DNA of 64,000 nucleotides from Chrysomallon squamiferum (lineage: Eukaryota > Animalia > Mollusca). Positions 1 through 21,059 of this stretch are shown piece after piece. The translations under genes and the position numbers were made by a program. The notes beneath the pieces were generated by a model. It worked only from the letters and a program-made list of their open reading frames with translations. It searched no databases and was not told the origin of the DNA. Numbering within the stretch: position 1 is the first letter of the stretch; each line of letters starts with the position of its first letter. The stretch spans positions 16,802,001 to 16,866,000 of the forward strand of contig CM022675.1 of the NCBI GenBank assembly GCA_012295275.1, read 5' to 3'.

Positions 1-912
1 TTTTTGTCCATGCCATTTTAAAACTTTACCCAATGAACCTATTGGGAATCAATCTCTTAGCATATTGTTCTTGAAGATGGCGCCAGTAACTGAGACAAAA
101 CTACGTTCATTTAAGGAAACTCTTGAGCAAAACCAGCCGAGCGGATCGATTGATAAAACTCAATGGACGTTTGATGAATGGACCGTCTTCTGTTGTTTGC
201 TGCGCTTCCTGTATCTGCTGTCTTATCAAGCAGCCGTGGTCAAGTGGATTCATTCTGTAATTTTTATTGTCCACCATTATAAACAAGAACCACAATTATC
301 TGTTTAAAGAAACAGATTGACCCTGGGATATCTCGACTAGTAAACTGACGACATGTTGGAAAATAAAAGTAATGATTAGCTTTCTACATATGGTGTCTTA
401 TACATTTTTATTTATCACATTAAAATAATTACTTTAATATCTATCACAATAACTGCTATTTGATAACGATAATAATTATTATGATGATGACGATGACAAA
501 GACAGTGATAAATATGATGATGATGATGATGATGATAATAATAATAATAATACTACTAATAATAATAATGAAGAAGAAGAAGAAGAAGAAGATGATGATG
601 GTGATGATGATGATTTTGAAGAATAAACGGAAAAAGAAGAATAATTTCATCAGCAATGAACCAGAAGGTTAAGACTTAAGTTTATAAAGAACTGAAAATC
701 CATTCAATAAATTTAAATTTAAAATATGGAATTTCGTACATGTGTAGAATCATTTCTATGATCGACCCTCTTTGTGTTCTAATGTAGCTAATTCCTTTTT
801 TAGCAGTGATATACGTTAGTTTGTGAAAGACTGTGGTGCCTGGTTTTCTAGATAAGACTAAATCTTCTCTGCTAATCGAGAAAATACCAACATACCTAAT
901 TCATTTGTAATA

Positions 913-1110
913 CAGTGGGACCTCGGGTTGCGAACGTAATTCGTTCCAGAACTCGGTTTATAAACCGAATTGAACGTAAACCGAAGTGATGTCAGACACT
1001 CGAACACCACTCTCATTTTCTGCAATTATTTCTTTCTTAACGTCTACTATGACACGTTTATACTTTCCACCAGCATTATCGCTTTCACCTTTTGTTTTCT
1101 TGGGCGCCAT
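913..1110 (-). mobile_element. Tigger/pogo (Tc1-mariner superfamily) DNA transposon remnant, internally deleted
   Basis: TA followed by a TIR-like end CAGTGGGACCTCGGGTTGCGAACGTAATTCGTTCC at 911-947. The minus-strand peptide MAPKKTKGESDNAGGKYKRVIVDVKKEIIAENESGVRVSDI resembles the CENP-B/TIGD N-terminal HTH. The second TIR was not found. Confidence 0.75.
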
Positions 1111-2504
1111 ATTGGATAGCGTATAATAAAAAGTATACACATAAAAGCAGCAACACTTTAAAAAATGCGAGCGCCAAATCTCAGTGGAAAAGCTATTGCG
1201 CTGCAACTGCGTATCGATGACTAAAGGCCCTAATTGATGATATATACGTATTTTATACATGGTCAAGGACACGCACACACATATCATCATACATAATTAT
1301 GCACACATTCCAACACATGCGCACAAATAGAACACGTACTGTCGTCATTTAGTATGAAAGTTTTTCCATCAGCGATGAGCGATTTCATAAGAACATGGGC
1401 ATGATATAGTCTTAGGTAAATAAATGTGGAGGACTGGAAGGAACAGTAATCATTACACAAAACAGTTACATGCGTTTGCCACTAAATAACCATTAGCGTC
1501 TACAAAGGTGTCAATAATAGTTATTCTTCAGTCATTTACATCGACTTTAAAAGATGAATCAACTTTAGAAGAGACCACCAACCCAACCGACAACAACAAC
1601 AATCACAACAGCAAAATAAGCTAAAACATATGATAAAATTAAACTGAAAACAAAAAGAAAACAAAGAAAAAAAAAAAAAAAACTTAAAAAATAAAACAGA
1701 AAAAAATTCTAACATACCTTTTAAAATAGAGTTGAATTAACATTACACGTTTAACATTTCAAATTATATTTCGTTAAAGCCAAAGGGGTTGCAAGACTAG
1801 TGAATTATACAGAGTAACGTGTCCTGCTTTATTTGACTCATTTTAACTTTCAGGGCACGACACTCAAATTGAATTTAACGAGATGACAGCGGTTACAGTA
1901 ATTTTGTAGAAGGAATTAAATGCGAATGGCCGATGATTCTTAAGCGCAAGGCGTTTGTCGGTTTGCTGCTGATAACGTTACTATCTGCTGGCTGCACTTC
2001 GCCTCGTGCTATCGATTTCTCGTCACGTGGTTGTCACCGATAGTCGACTTATGGCTTTACTGTTAAACGCTTTATTTAAAAAATATAGCTAAATATCCTT
2101 CTTAAACCCTTCTTGTTTATTACATAGATAAATATCTTTCCAATACTATTTTTATTTATTACAAAACTATTTGTAATTTTGTTTTTATTTATTATAGGTA
2201 AATATTATTTTAATATTTATTATCTATTATTAAATATCGTATTTATTTAACTAAATATCCTATTTACATTATTTATTTATTTATTTGTCTGTTTGTCAAT
2301 TTGTTTGTCTGTATTTCAAGCTAAACAATGTCTTGATTAAATATATACACGTCAGTGCAGTTTCAGATATGGTTCGTTTTAAAATCAGTTTTCCTCTGTG
2401 TTCTCATTGAGCAGTTTCCTAATCTAGCCAGAATATCTCGACTGGTATCAAAGACTAGTCCGTGTATGAAAAAGACATCTTGCTGCCAACAGAAAAAAGT
2501 AGCA

Positions 2505-2560
<56 letters not shown>

Positions 2561-3363
2561 ACACACAAACACACACACCATAACACACACACACACAAAC
2601 ACATACACCCACAAACACATACACACATTGGCATTCTTAATATACCATAGCAGACAAAGTAAATAATGATGGAGTATAAGAGTAATCAAAAAAGAAATAA
2701 GAACCAAAGAAAAATGGAAGAAAGAACTGAAGAATATGGAAAGTAAATTAAGTAAATGGAAAGAATCAAAAAGAAAAGAAGAAAAATGTGGAACAAATAA
2801 ATAAACAAAGTAAATAGAAATAAATATAATTTTTATTTATTTATTTATTTATTTATTTTAAAGCTAAGAGTAATGTGGTATAAACAAACACGTAAATTAA
2901 TCCTACGCCCGTCACTGTCCCGTTTATTTCGTCATTGACGTTATTAATTCCTACCTTATTGACGTCGACAGACTGTCTTTATGACACGCGGTAGAGAAAC
3001 GTGAACACATCTCTCTGTTTGATTCAATATTTATTGAAGTCACTTTGCCCAGTCAAGCAGGAATCATGATAACGCCACGTGTATCTGATAGACACCCCGC
3101 GTGTCCTGTCTCCTCCACTGACTTGTGAAGATTTTCTAGATACTGAGAAAACTGACAAAGATTTTCTTTAAAGTCTATCCTTTAATTCCAGTTGAATGTC
3201 AATGTGTCAGGATTGTATTGTTTTTTTATTTTTTTATTTCAGTTGAATGATCAATTTTTCTACACAGCTCAGAGAGATATATATTTACATACATACATAC
3301 CTACTTACATATATACATACTTAAATACATACATATACATACGTACGTACATACATACATAAC

Positions 3364-3448
<85 letters not shown>

Positions 3449-4539
3449 ACAAAAAGTGCTTCCTGCATGCATCTAATTCAAATATTTGGTAGTTGTAGCA
3501 GAAGCGAAGAGTTTAAAGTACGTACGTGTTGAAAAGCAGATGAGCTGAAATATTTAGGATTGCTTGACAGCATTACAATGGTCGTTCGTGTTGTTAAGGG
3601 TTTTATGTGAATGTCTTAATAGAAACTTATTTTTAGAAGGCCGCTGAAACAGTTTCTCTGATGTTGATGGATTTCGTGCAGTTTCTGTATAGTGTTCTTG
3701 TGATTACCGTAATAGTTACTTTACCTTTGAGCCATGCAGACAGTTGTAGGTATATGTGCGTATGTGTAGGAGAGTGTCTGTTTGTGGAGTTATGTATGTG
3801 TTAATTATGTGTGTGTGTGTGAATAAACATGTTCTGTTTTAGGCGAAAAGTCCTTTTTTATTTTACAGAGAGAATAGAATACAAAGTAATGGTTGGTTAT
3901 TTATTGCTCTTTTTTTAGTTTGATGGTTTCACAAAGGTCGATTTAAAAAAAAATAATAATAACGTAATAAAAGAGATTAAGGCTTAATACTCTAGACTAA
4001 TTTTTATTTTGGCCCATAACCGAAATTACCATATCGTAGAAGATTAGATTTTATTCTAGAAATGCTTAATAAAACGGGAAATAAAGTAATAAATAAAAAT
4101 ACGGTTATGAACAATGATATCACGGCTCCCCAGACAACCTATGACTGCATTCCTCATTCGGTTATTAATACCATCTTCTCTGTTTTATATATTTATATCC
4201 CCAATCCCTGATTTAAACAGCTTTGTAGTAATTAAGGGAAAAATCTTCTCCGACATTTCTATCTTCATATTTTCTCTCGGTTCAAAGCATTAATGACTGA
4301 GTTATAAAGACCTCTTGCGAGTTGTCTCATAAAATATTACTTTCACGATTCACCAAGGAAAAAAGATCCATTCTTTGGGTCTCATCTAAAGGTAATCAAT
4401 TTCTCCATACACGTCAAGCAGTGAAATATCTCTCATATTAACGGTCAAACAATATGACAACGAATGACATAAAACATCCCATGCGAAGAGATTCCAAACG
4501 CCGGCACTGATCTTCTGTTTATGGCTGTGCCAGGTCAAA

Positions 4540-4902
4540 GGTCGCCAATCAATCAGCCCCGTCGCCATTGGATGATCTGATTTGATTTTCAGCGGTGTGT
4601 TAAAATCAAAGCGATTGGACGGTTATAAGTTTGACAAGACAAGTCTTTATCGGTAAGAACAATCTCTTCGTACTGACACTTTAATTTTTATTTTCTCAGC
4701 CAGACTTTCTAATTCACTATTTGCGCCTGACTCTACATTTTTTCTCTAAGTGTATGAAGGACATGTCAGACGTGTGAACCAAACTGTTCATTTAACGAAC
4801 AAGAGCGGCTCACGAATTATTCATAGATTTGTAAAAACCTGCCTCCTGGATACAGAACCGAGTACTTCGATTGACTGAGTGGATTTACACTGCAAATACA
4901 AG
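4540..4902 (+). promoter_or_regulatory. candidate promoter and 5' non-coding exon of the SLC45 gene
   Basis: Locally GC/CpG-richer stretch with CCAAT/ATTGG boxes (~4546, ~4568, ~4614) and a donor-like CAAG|GTAAAT at 4902/4903. The SLC45 coding exon starts with an acceptor, so an upstream non-coding exon is expected. Confidence 0.3.
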
Positions 4903-5166
4903 GTAAATTATTTGTTTCAGTCTTGTTAAAATCTTTATTAACGTTCGTCGATGAGATATATATTTTATACTGTGATTTGTCCGTTTTTGAAGATGTTGTT
5001 AATTTTATTCTAGACTGAATATTACTTTATAGAGCTGAGCTGATGTAAGTCTTCGTAATATTTAAGACATATCAAGAACAACAACAACAAAAATAGAAAG
5101 AAAAAAAGCTTACGATGATAAAATAGTATATGAATAGTTTCGAAAAGCTATTTAAAAGCCGACAAT

Positions 5167-5218
<52 letters not shown>

Positions 5219-5391
5219 ATATGTTAACTTATAGAAATCAGTTAAATTTCTGTTTGTATTATACCATTCTAAAAGACTGTACAGCCTGTTGTTAAATGGT
5301 TCTAATAAAACGCATTCATAGAAAGCAAAGTTTTCTTTTTGTTTAAGAAGATAAGTAGAAAACATTATATTTTAAATTATATAAAAACACG

Positions 5392-5473
<82 letters not shown>

Positions 5474-6798
5474 GTGATGAACAAAAATAAATATATTCGT
5501 TTATTATTTCATATTTTATCTAAATATGTTGGTAAATATTTATTTCAATCAGCTGAGGATCTTTCTTACACTCAGTAAAACTTTTCTCCATTTGACGTTC
5601 ATGACATTGACTGGAAGTTACTACAGTTTAACGCAAGTAGCTAGGCCATACTTCGTTTACAACTAACTTTTAAACATTAATAAACAACTCCAGGGATGTC
5701 AGTTTTATTTTTTTCAAATTATTAATGGTCCAGTGAGAAATAAAAATCAGGGAATTCATCAGTTTCACAGATAAAACTCAGAGAAATGTGGCTGTGCTCA
5801 TGTCGGGAATATTCCGTCTTTCTTCAACATTCTTCTGTTTGAGGATAGAAATGACTAAAGTTATTGTTAAACAACAGTTGACTTTTTTCAGCAAGCATGC
5901 GTTCTGACGTCAAAGTCCGCTTGTGGTGAAATTATTAATTTTATTATTAATAACACAGACATCGTTATAGAAGAATTGTCTAATTGTCAATTTTTAAAAA
6001 AAAATTTAATAATGGTAAGAGCGTTACCTATCAGTAAGATTCTTTAAACAACTATTATTAAATTTTACGATTTCTTAATCTTTCTAGAAAGGTTTCTTTT
6101 TTAAAGGTATTTCCATCGGATATCAATGTTCTCAAATTCTTCACAGTTTCGTGTTCAAGACAGGAATTGCAGACTGACATTAACACTTATTTGGACTTTT
6201 AATATAACAATAACGTAGATGCAGTTTGCACTTTTGTATGTTAATAAATCAATCAGTAAATAAGTATGTAAGTATTGAAATAAATAAATAAAGTATATAT
6301 GATTGTATGTTATAGTGTCAGGTAGTAAAAAAAAAAAAATACATATATATTTTTTTATATCTCTGTGTTATTAATAGCTAAAAAATCTTAAAACTATTTT
6401 GATGAATGTTGGTTTCTTCTTTGTATTAAAATCGGGGTAGTTCATCATTTGGTAGTAAATTAATCAAATTTAAAGCCACAGTGAAAAAATATATTTTTTT
6501 CGCTTCTACATTATGTGAAAGTAATGTACAGAAATCTGTAAAATTGTTTGAAAATGTTAGTTAATTGAGTTTAACAATAACAGAATGTACCATTTGGTGA
6601 AGATTTGCATAAAAGTGCTATGAAAATAGTTTTTGTTTTTGAGAATACATCCTTAAATTTTCAAAACTTATGTAGCATTTTCAACAGATGTTTTTTTCAT
6701 TTAAACTGTAAATTTAATGAATGATTTATCATTTGTTTTAATTATATTGCTGTTTAATTACGATAATGATGATGATAATGATTATGGTTAAGATGATG

Positions 6799-6836
<38 letters not shown>

Positions 6837-7085
6837 CAAATAATCTTCTACACATGCAAAAGGTTTCTTAGACTTTTATGCTATTTTAGGGCCATCTTTG
6901 ATAAAACACGTATGTCTTGTATTTATTAACAGTGCAGTGAAGTGGTGTGTATTCTAAATCGATTTTCTAAATTACGACACTTGTTATAACTTTATTTCTA
7001 CAAGTTATCATAGTTATAACTAGCATATCGATTTCTAACTTTATTTTCCAGACTTTCTTTCTCTATTATTTTTTATTTACTTTAC

Positions 7086-7159
<74 letters not shown>

Positions 7160-9783
7160 GACTTTTTAATTCCTTTTTCTCCAGCCATTCTCTCCATTTC
7201 CTTCGTTTTTTTTTCATTATCTCTTATTCTTTCTATCTTTCATCTGTATCTCGCTGCCTCAGTTCCTGAATAAAATGAACAGTATTTAGAAAATTTATTA
7301 CAATGTTAATAATTGATTTCTTATAATATGGCTATATAAAACTAACATAAATACAAAACAAATTGAATTGACATGAAATACAAACACTGTTGTATTCAAG
7401 CATCTTCATTTTATACTTTGTTTATATATATGTATCTATTTATATATTGGTAATACGGACAAATGAATTTAAATTTAAATTGATTTTACGCATATTCAAT
7501 TAAATTCATGTACAGCATTTTAGAAATAACGGTTTTGCACGCTATTTTAGAAAAGGATAAATTACACTTCCGAAGGCATTTAATAAAAAAAAAAAAATAA
7601 TAATAACAGTTCATGCACACTTGAAAAACTAGTTGTACTGATATATTAGAATGTCAGTTGAACGAAACAGGTTGTGATGGAAACCACGCACTTTCTTTGT
7701 GATCAACCAACACGACAGTCAATGAAAGCTACCCATGTACGCTTATCTTTTCATTCGATGACTGAACCAGTTCGAACTAATAAACTGGGTAACTGAATAT
7801 TTTATGTGTGAGCTTTTCACGTTAATTTTATTTTCTGCTACAAAGAAAACGTTTAACAGACGCTTAATTACATTTCTCTATTAGATTTAGTCCTGGAACT
7901 AACTTATCGTTTACTCTAACTCGCTTTTAATCTCAACTCAAGTAAGCCTTATGTGTATGGACAGAAAACGGAGATCTTAATAAAGGTAATAGAAAATAAA
8001 AAACGGATGACAATATAAGTTGTAGTAAATAAAGTTGAAACAATTATAAAATAACAGACTGTAATGTGATCCGACCAAGAACCAAGTGGAGAATTTGAAA
8101 CTGTTTTTTATAAACCGCAATAAGAAAAAAAGTCAAAGAAGAAAATAGAAGAAAGAAATAACGAAAAGGAAAGAAATAAAATAGGGAAAAAAGGAAAAAG
8201 AAAAAGATGAAGAAGAAGAATACAGACAACAGTGATAACCAAAACCCCACCCTCAGCAGCAACGTGACCACAAAAAAACAAAGTGAACATTGAAATCCAA
8301 AACATTTGATAAAATCTTAGAAAACATAAAACAATGATGACATTTATTGTCTATATAAAAGCAAATTTATTAATTACAAATAATTATAAATTAGGAAATA
8401 AAATCATATATATAACGTTTTTGTTTATTTGTTGTTTGTTTTTTTTTTTTAAAGTAAAGAAAGAGTTAGACAAGTAGGATTTGTTGTACTAATGAAACAC
8501 ACTTCCGGTTTTGCTTCTAGGAATTCTATCTCGCAGCTGTCTTCTCGTTTTTCTTTTCTTTTCTTTTATTGGTTATTTCCTAACAGACTGCATGAAGTGC
8601 TGCCCACCTTTTCTTTCCATATTTCCTTGCCAAGAAATATAATTACAGAACTCTTCAAGATAAACTACATTTCCTGTAACTAGTTTCGAAACCATTACAA
8701 ACATGCACTCATTTTTTATTTATGTCCTGTTTCTATTTAATTTATCGATGTTTAGTATAAATGGTATGTTTAAGATAAGATACATTTTTCGTGGATGTTA
8801 AATGTTTTACTTCCCTGAAATTTACATTTAATCACAACTGTACAGAGGAATGGAAAAAGGATGAACTTGTGAATAAAAGAAGAAAAAAAATAAGAACGAA
8901 AGTTAGAAATAAACACACAAAGAAAGAAAGAAAGTAAAAATGATTCTGCAGAAAAATAGCAGATAATAAAAGTATTTAATGAAAAATCTAAAGGCGGAAA
9001 AGAAATAGATATAGAATGCAACGAAAAGGCGAAAAACAAAATAAAATAAAATAAAACAAATGTTAAAAGATAATAAGGAAGAAAGAATGTGGGGGAAAAA
9101 GTAAAATTGCCTTTAATTCAAATTATATTTAATTAAAAATAAAAAAAGAAAGAAAGAAAAAAGAAAAAATTTAGAGAAAGAACACCACTTGATAATACGG
9201 ATGAACTACAGTGATATAAACTGCTAATATCAGGTCGGACAGACTTTAACACAGGATACAGTGATATCAGATAAACATGCTGCACACGTCCCTCGACTTA
9301 CTATACTTCCTTATCAGTAGATCGGTTGACAACACTGGTAAAAAGAAGAAATTACACGATACACATAGATAGATATTTGAAATAAAAAGCTGATATAATC
9401 TTGAAAGAAAAAAAAAAAAGAAATAGAAAAAGAAAGGAAGAAACAAAAAAAGTATGAAAAATAAATTGAAAATAAAGTTATCGAAAATAAGAGAGCTTCT
9501 TAAGACATACATGCTTGTGTATGCATGTACGTGTGTATGTTTCTGTGTATGTATATATGTGTGCATGCATGTATATATGCATGTATGTACTTATATAGAG
9601 AGAAAGAGAGAAGGAAAGAAGTAGAGCAAACAAAGTGTTGTTGAGATTTCGACCAAATTTTATTTATTTTATCTAAATGTACCTTTATTTGTACATCAAA
9701 GTGAAACAAATATGTCTTATAAGAACTATTACACAAAAGTCAAATAAATTAAAAATGTATAAATAGGTTTCACTCATAGCTCG

Positions 9784-10260
9784 ACAGTGTAATACTGATA
9801 CCGCGAGCACACGTATTATAAATATAATTTACTGATTACACTACAGTGTAATACTGATACTGTGAAAACGCGCATAATAAATAGATTTTACTGATAACAA
9901 CAATACAGTGTAATACTGATACTGTGAAAACTCGCATAATAAATAGATTTTACTGATAACACTACAGTGTAATACTGATACTGTGAAAACGCGCATGATA
10001 AATAGATTTTACTGATAACACTACAGTGTAATACTGATACTGTGAAAACTCGCATAATAAATAGATTTTACTGATAACAGTACAGTGTAATACTGATACT
10101 GTGAAAACACGCATTATAAATAGAATTTACTGAAAATACTACAATGTAATACAAATTCTGTGAAAAACTTATTATAAATAGATTTTACTGATATTGAGAA
10201 ATAGGTATTGTAAACAGATTTTACTAAAAGCACACAGTGTAACATAGATACTGTGAAAAC
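9784..10260. repeat. ~59-bp tandem minisatellite, about 8 copies, degenerate at both edges
   Basis: Unit ACTACAGTGTAATACTGATACTGTGAAAACGCGCATAATAAATAGATTTTACTGATAAC repeated head to tail. Confidence 0.95.
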
Positions 10261-10417
10261 ACATATTAATCAGAATATATTTTTATAATGATCATATATT
10301 TATTTTGTTGATACTGTGGTTTCCGTTTTCTGTTACTGTTAATGTTGTTGCTGTTGCTGTTGCTGTTGTTGTTATTATTATTATTATTACTATTTGTTGC
10401 AGGTCCTATCATACACG

Positions 10418-17050
<6,633 letters not shown>

Positions 17051-17554
17051 TAATACAAAAGTTAAAAATTGTTTAGACTTTAGAATACAAAGTAATTTAC
17101 ACATATTAAAGGCAATATGATTTGCTTGGAATGAATGGATCTTTAACAACATTTAACACATTTTTTCATACATCAACTATTATTGGAGATTAAAAACAAA
17201 TGCCTGTTTCCTACAAAAACGATCATGATAAGAAATCCAGTAAAATGTATGTAGCTCAGTTGGAAGGCAAATACTGCGCCCCATAACCCGAGGAAGATAA
17301 CCCTTCCACCAGTCCACTTAAGAATTTCGCGCTCGGAGCAACCGCCCTTGTGTCCCCACCCACGCCACCAATTCTGTTATACCAATATATGAGTGTGTGT
17401 GTGTGCATGCATACATACATACATATATATATAGTTATTATTTATTTATTTATTTATATTTTTGGGAGTGTGTTTGTTGAAATATAAATATATAATAAAT
17501 ATTTCCCAACAATTTCGATGTTTATGAACTGTTTCAGAGGTGTACTTGTATGTA

Positions 17555-17591
<37 letters not shown>

Positions 17592-17639
17592 GCGTGTGCG
17601 TAAACAAAAGAGAATCAAAAGCAATAACAAAATAAACTA

Positions 17640-17717
17640 CTAATTCTACTACTACCTCTACAGCTACTAGCTCTAATCAACCTACTACTACTGCTATCAT
17701 TTCTACTGCTGCTACAT

Positions 17718-17765
<48 letters not shown>

Positions 17766-17988
17766 GCTCTAATCAACCTACTACTTACTGCTATCATTTC
17801 TACTGCTGCTACATCTAACTACTACTACTACTACTACTACTACTACCTCTACAGCTAGCTCTAATCAATTACTACTACTGCTATCATTTCTACTGCATCT
17901 ACTACTACTACTACTACTACTACTACCTCTACAGCTACTAGCTCTAATCAACCTACTACTACTGCTATCATTTCTACTGCTGCTACAT

Positions 17989-18034
<46 letters not shown>

Positions 18035-18238
18035 CTCTACAGCTACTAGCTCTAATCAACCTACTACTACTGCTATCATTTCTACTGCTGCTACATCTAC
18101 TACTACTACTACTGCTACTACTACTACTACTGCTATCATTTCTACTGCTGCTACATCTACTACTGTTATTACTACTACTACTACTACTACTACTATTACA
18201 ACAATTACTACTACTAATCTTACCACTATTACTACTAT
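17640..18238. repeat. compound (CTA)n-based higher-order repeat downstream of the SLC45 stop
   Basis: (CTA)n tracts separated by the recurring motifs CCTCTACAG, GCTCTAATCAAC and GCTATCATTTCTACTGCTGCTACAT. Confidence 0.9.
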
Positions 18239-19472
18239 CCATTTTTTCTCATCGCTAGCAATACAGTATTGTTTCCATGTTCAAGATTAATTGAATATGT
18301 TAACAAATAAGCAAAAAAGTAAATAATTAAAGAAACAAACAAAAACAAAACAACAACAACAAACAAACAAACAAAAAAAAAAAAAAAAAAAAAAAAAGGA
18401 GGAAAAAGAAAAAATAACAACAGCATGAATCCGTGTGTATATAATACTTACTTACATGACGAGTGTTGAAGTACATTTAGATACTTGTCTACATATATGA
18501 AGTATCTTGGGGTATTATTTTTTTTTCTGTGTAACTATTACTGATCTGTTCCAGATATAAATGTATGTATAAAATTGTTAGGAAAATGTGAGTCAGGTAC
18601 TTTAAATAAATAGAAATTGGCAAACACTGAGGCTTGTTTTGTTTTTACACTTTCCAAATCGTCAACCACGTGTCTTTGTATTCAATAGATATCAGTCAAC
18701 ATAATTTGTTGAGTACGAGACAAAGAAAGAAGGAACAGCAAATTAATATTAATAGTCTTCAATGAATACTCATTTAACAACGACTGAACCATTATTTGAA
18801 CGAGGATACAAGAGAGGAAACCCGCTCAATTTCCTCGACTACTGATTTGGAATGAAAAGTCGATCACTGAGAAGAAAGCCTGCGCCTTAAAGAAATAGTT
18901 AAAACACGAAATGAATATTCTGTGTGGAATATAGTTCATTTTATTTATTTATTTAATGGTTTGTTTGTTTGTTTGTTTACTCAGTTACTTATTTATTTAG
19001 TTTATGCAATAGTAAAACTATATGTGATTAGATGTCCCAAATATTACGGTCGTATTATTTCCCGTTGAAAAGAAGACAATACTCTCAACAGTCCTTATAA
19101 ACATTGTCTTCACGTCTTGTTTATCAGTGATCTGTTTATGTCCTGGGGACACGTGTACAATGTATTACCCTGCTTGTATCGCACACCCACCGCATGAGAT
19201 AAATTGATTGAAACCGTTTGACTTCCGACACATGGGAAATAAAACTCGACACTGTCTCTGCATTCTCGGAAGTGAGTTGACGTTCTAGAGTTGTCTGCCC
19301 GTGTCATCTCGATTTCACACAGAACTGGTGATTCTTTTTTGTGAAAGAAAAGCACGAGATAAGCCGACAGAGGCATGTTTTTTTTTTTTTTGAAGCTGCA
19401 TTGAGAGATTTGAAAATGAATGAATGACTGAATAAACAGATAAATAAATAAACAAACAAACAAAAAATAACA

Positions 19473-19513
<41 letters not shown>

Positions 19514-20350
19514 GCACAATCCCCAAAACTATCACAACAACAAACAAAACACTTCGTTAAGTTACGAAACACATTCGGGTACGCATACACATCATATACG
19601 TATAAATAAAATCACACACACGCCCGCACATACGTAAATGTACTCATAATCACAGATACACGACAAATGTATAATTGTTTCCATACGACATATAAATATT
19701 TAAAAATCCGAAGCACAAAACTGTGTGCAAACTTACAAGCCCACAAAAAGCAGTTAATATACCAAATAAATAAATAAATGATAAATTCGATATCTATAAA
19801 TGTCAGCTACGATCGAGACAAAAATCAATTCAACCAATCACGTCATTCATCTGATTTATCCCGAAATAAAGAAATACGAAGATATTTGTCAACATTTCTC
19901 TTTTCGTTTCGTTTTCTCTTTTTTCTTCATACCATCTGTAATGCAGAAGATACTATTATAGCCTCATAAAGATCAATTTACCTCGGAGACGTGCGAGAAT
20001 TGGGTAATTGAAAGGTTTGGCGGAATTAGACGTATAAAGATTTAATGCCATACTCCAAGGGAGATAAGCCATTCATTTGTAATGGAGTAGCTATAATACG
20101 GGCAAGAAGTACTAGTCACGCTAAATTCCGATAAGAAATAAATGCGCATTTTCCGTCTGTTTAGCTAGAAAGGATTAGCAAGTGAGTAAGTCGGCGAAAT
20201 AGGATTTCACGAAAAGTATTTGATGTCTTACTATAGTCGTGAAGTTATTCGTTGACGTAAGGAACGAGAAAGGGTGGGAAAGCCTGTCTAGGGATTAAGG
20301 AAAAACTACTCAGTCTAGACTGTTCTAAACTTGTCTATCTTCCGCAAATA

Positions 20351-20396
<46 letters not shown>

Positions 20397-20439
20397 GTTG
20401 TTGTTGTTGTTGTTGTTGTTATTGTTATTATTATTAGTC

Positions 20440-20985
20440 TTACAGCATCCCCCTCCCCTCGAAAGTTGTGTTGCCTTGGAAGGCATGTTGTTAGTTCGGA
20501 TGGTAAGTCTAATGGAGCGAGGCGTGGCGTTTTCATGTTGTAAGTTTGTAAATGAGGGTTAGCTGCCTTGTGCAGCATGACGTGGTTTTGGAGGATCTAA
20601 TCTCTGTAGGTTAGGGTACTGCAAAGTCCTCAGAAAACGTGAAGGTCTGTTTTACCTTGCACATTGTGTTCATCGAAACTGTTGTGCAGTCTGTGTTGTG
20701 CAGTCGGTGTTGTGCAGTCGGTGTTGTGCAGTCTGTGTTGTGCAGTCGGTGTTGTGCAGTCTGTGTCGTGCAGTCGGTGTTGTGCAGTCTGTGTCGTGTA
20801 GTCTGTGTTGTGCAGTCTGTGTTGTGCAGTCGGTGTTGTGCAGTCAGTGTTGTGCAGTCTGTGTTGTGCAGTCGGTGTTGTGCAGTCGGTGTTGTGCAGT
20901 CGGTGTTGTGCAGTCTGTCGGCTGCTGGGATGGAGGTACTTGTTCTAAGTGGAGACAATCACGTGTGGTGTTAGTAACCCCGTTC
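20440..20985 (-). mobile_element. degenerate CR1/L2-like LINE 3' remnant, interrupted by a minisatellite
   Basis: Frameshifted minus-strand peptides DCLHLEQV / FLRTLQYPNLQRL / RQLTLIYKL / APLDLPSEL resemble the post-RT C-terminus of CR1/L2 ORF2. The remnant ends beside an (AAT)/(AAC) tract. Confidence 0.45.
20681..20918. repeat. 14-bp minisatellite GCAGTC(T/G)GTGTTGT, about 17 copies
   Basis: Directly visible tandem array. Confidence 0.95.
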
Positions 20986-21059
20986 CCTCTCAATTTCACA
21001 AAACGGCAGCATCGTGAACGTCATAGTCTATCGCAACCTGTGAATCTGGTAACTCGGTT

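Noticed and set aside
65-307. Overlapping short ORFs on both strands at the window start
   Set aside because: No recognisable motif and no splice-consistent continuation.
456-9736. Many ORFs with poly-I/M/K, HT, LS, ER or CV runs, here and throughout the window
   Set aside because: They are translations of microsatellites and low-complexity DNA.
9784-10260. CRISPR-like appearance of this and the other arrays (17640, 30827, 41955, 48008)
   Set aside because: Head-to-tail repeats without unique spacers, no cas genes, and a eukaryotic context.
17248-17370. GTAGCTCAGTTGG tRNA/SINE-like A box
   Set aside because: No B box or cloverleaf follows. At most a decayed repeat.
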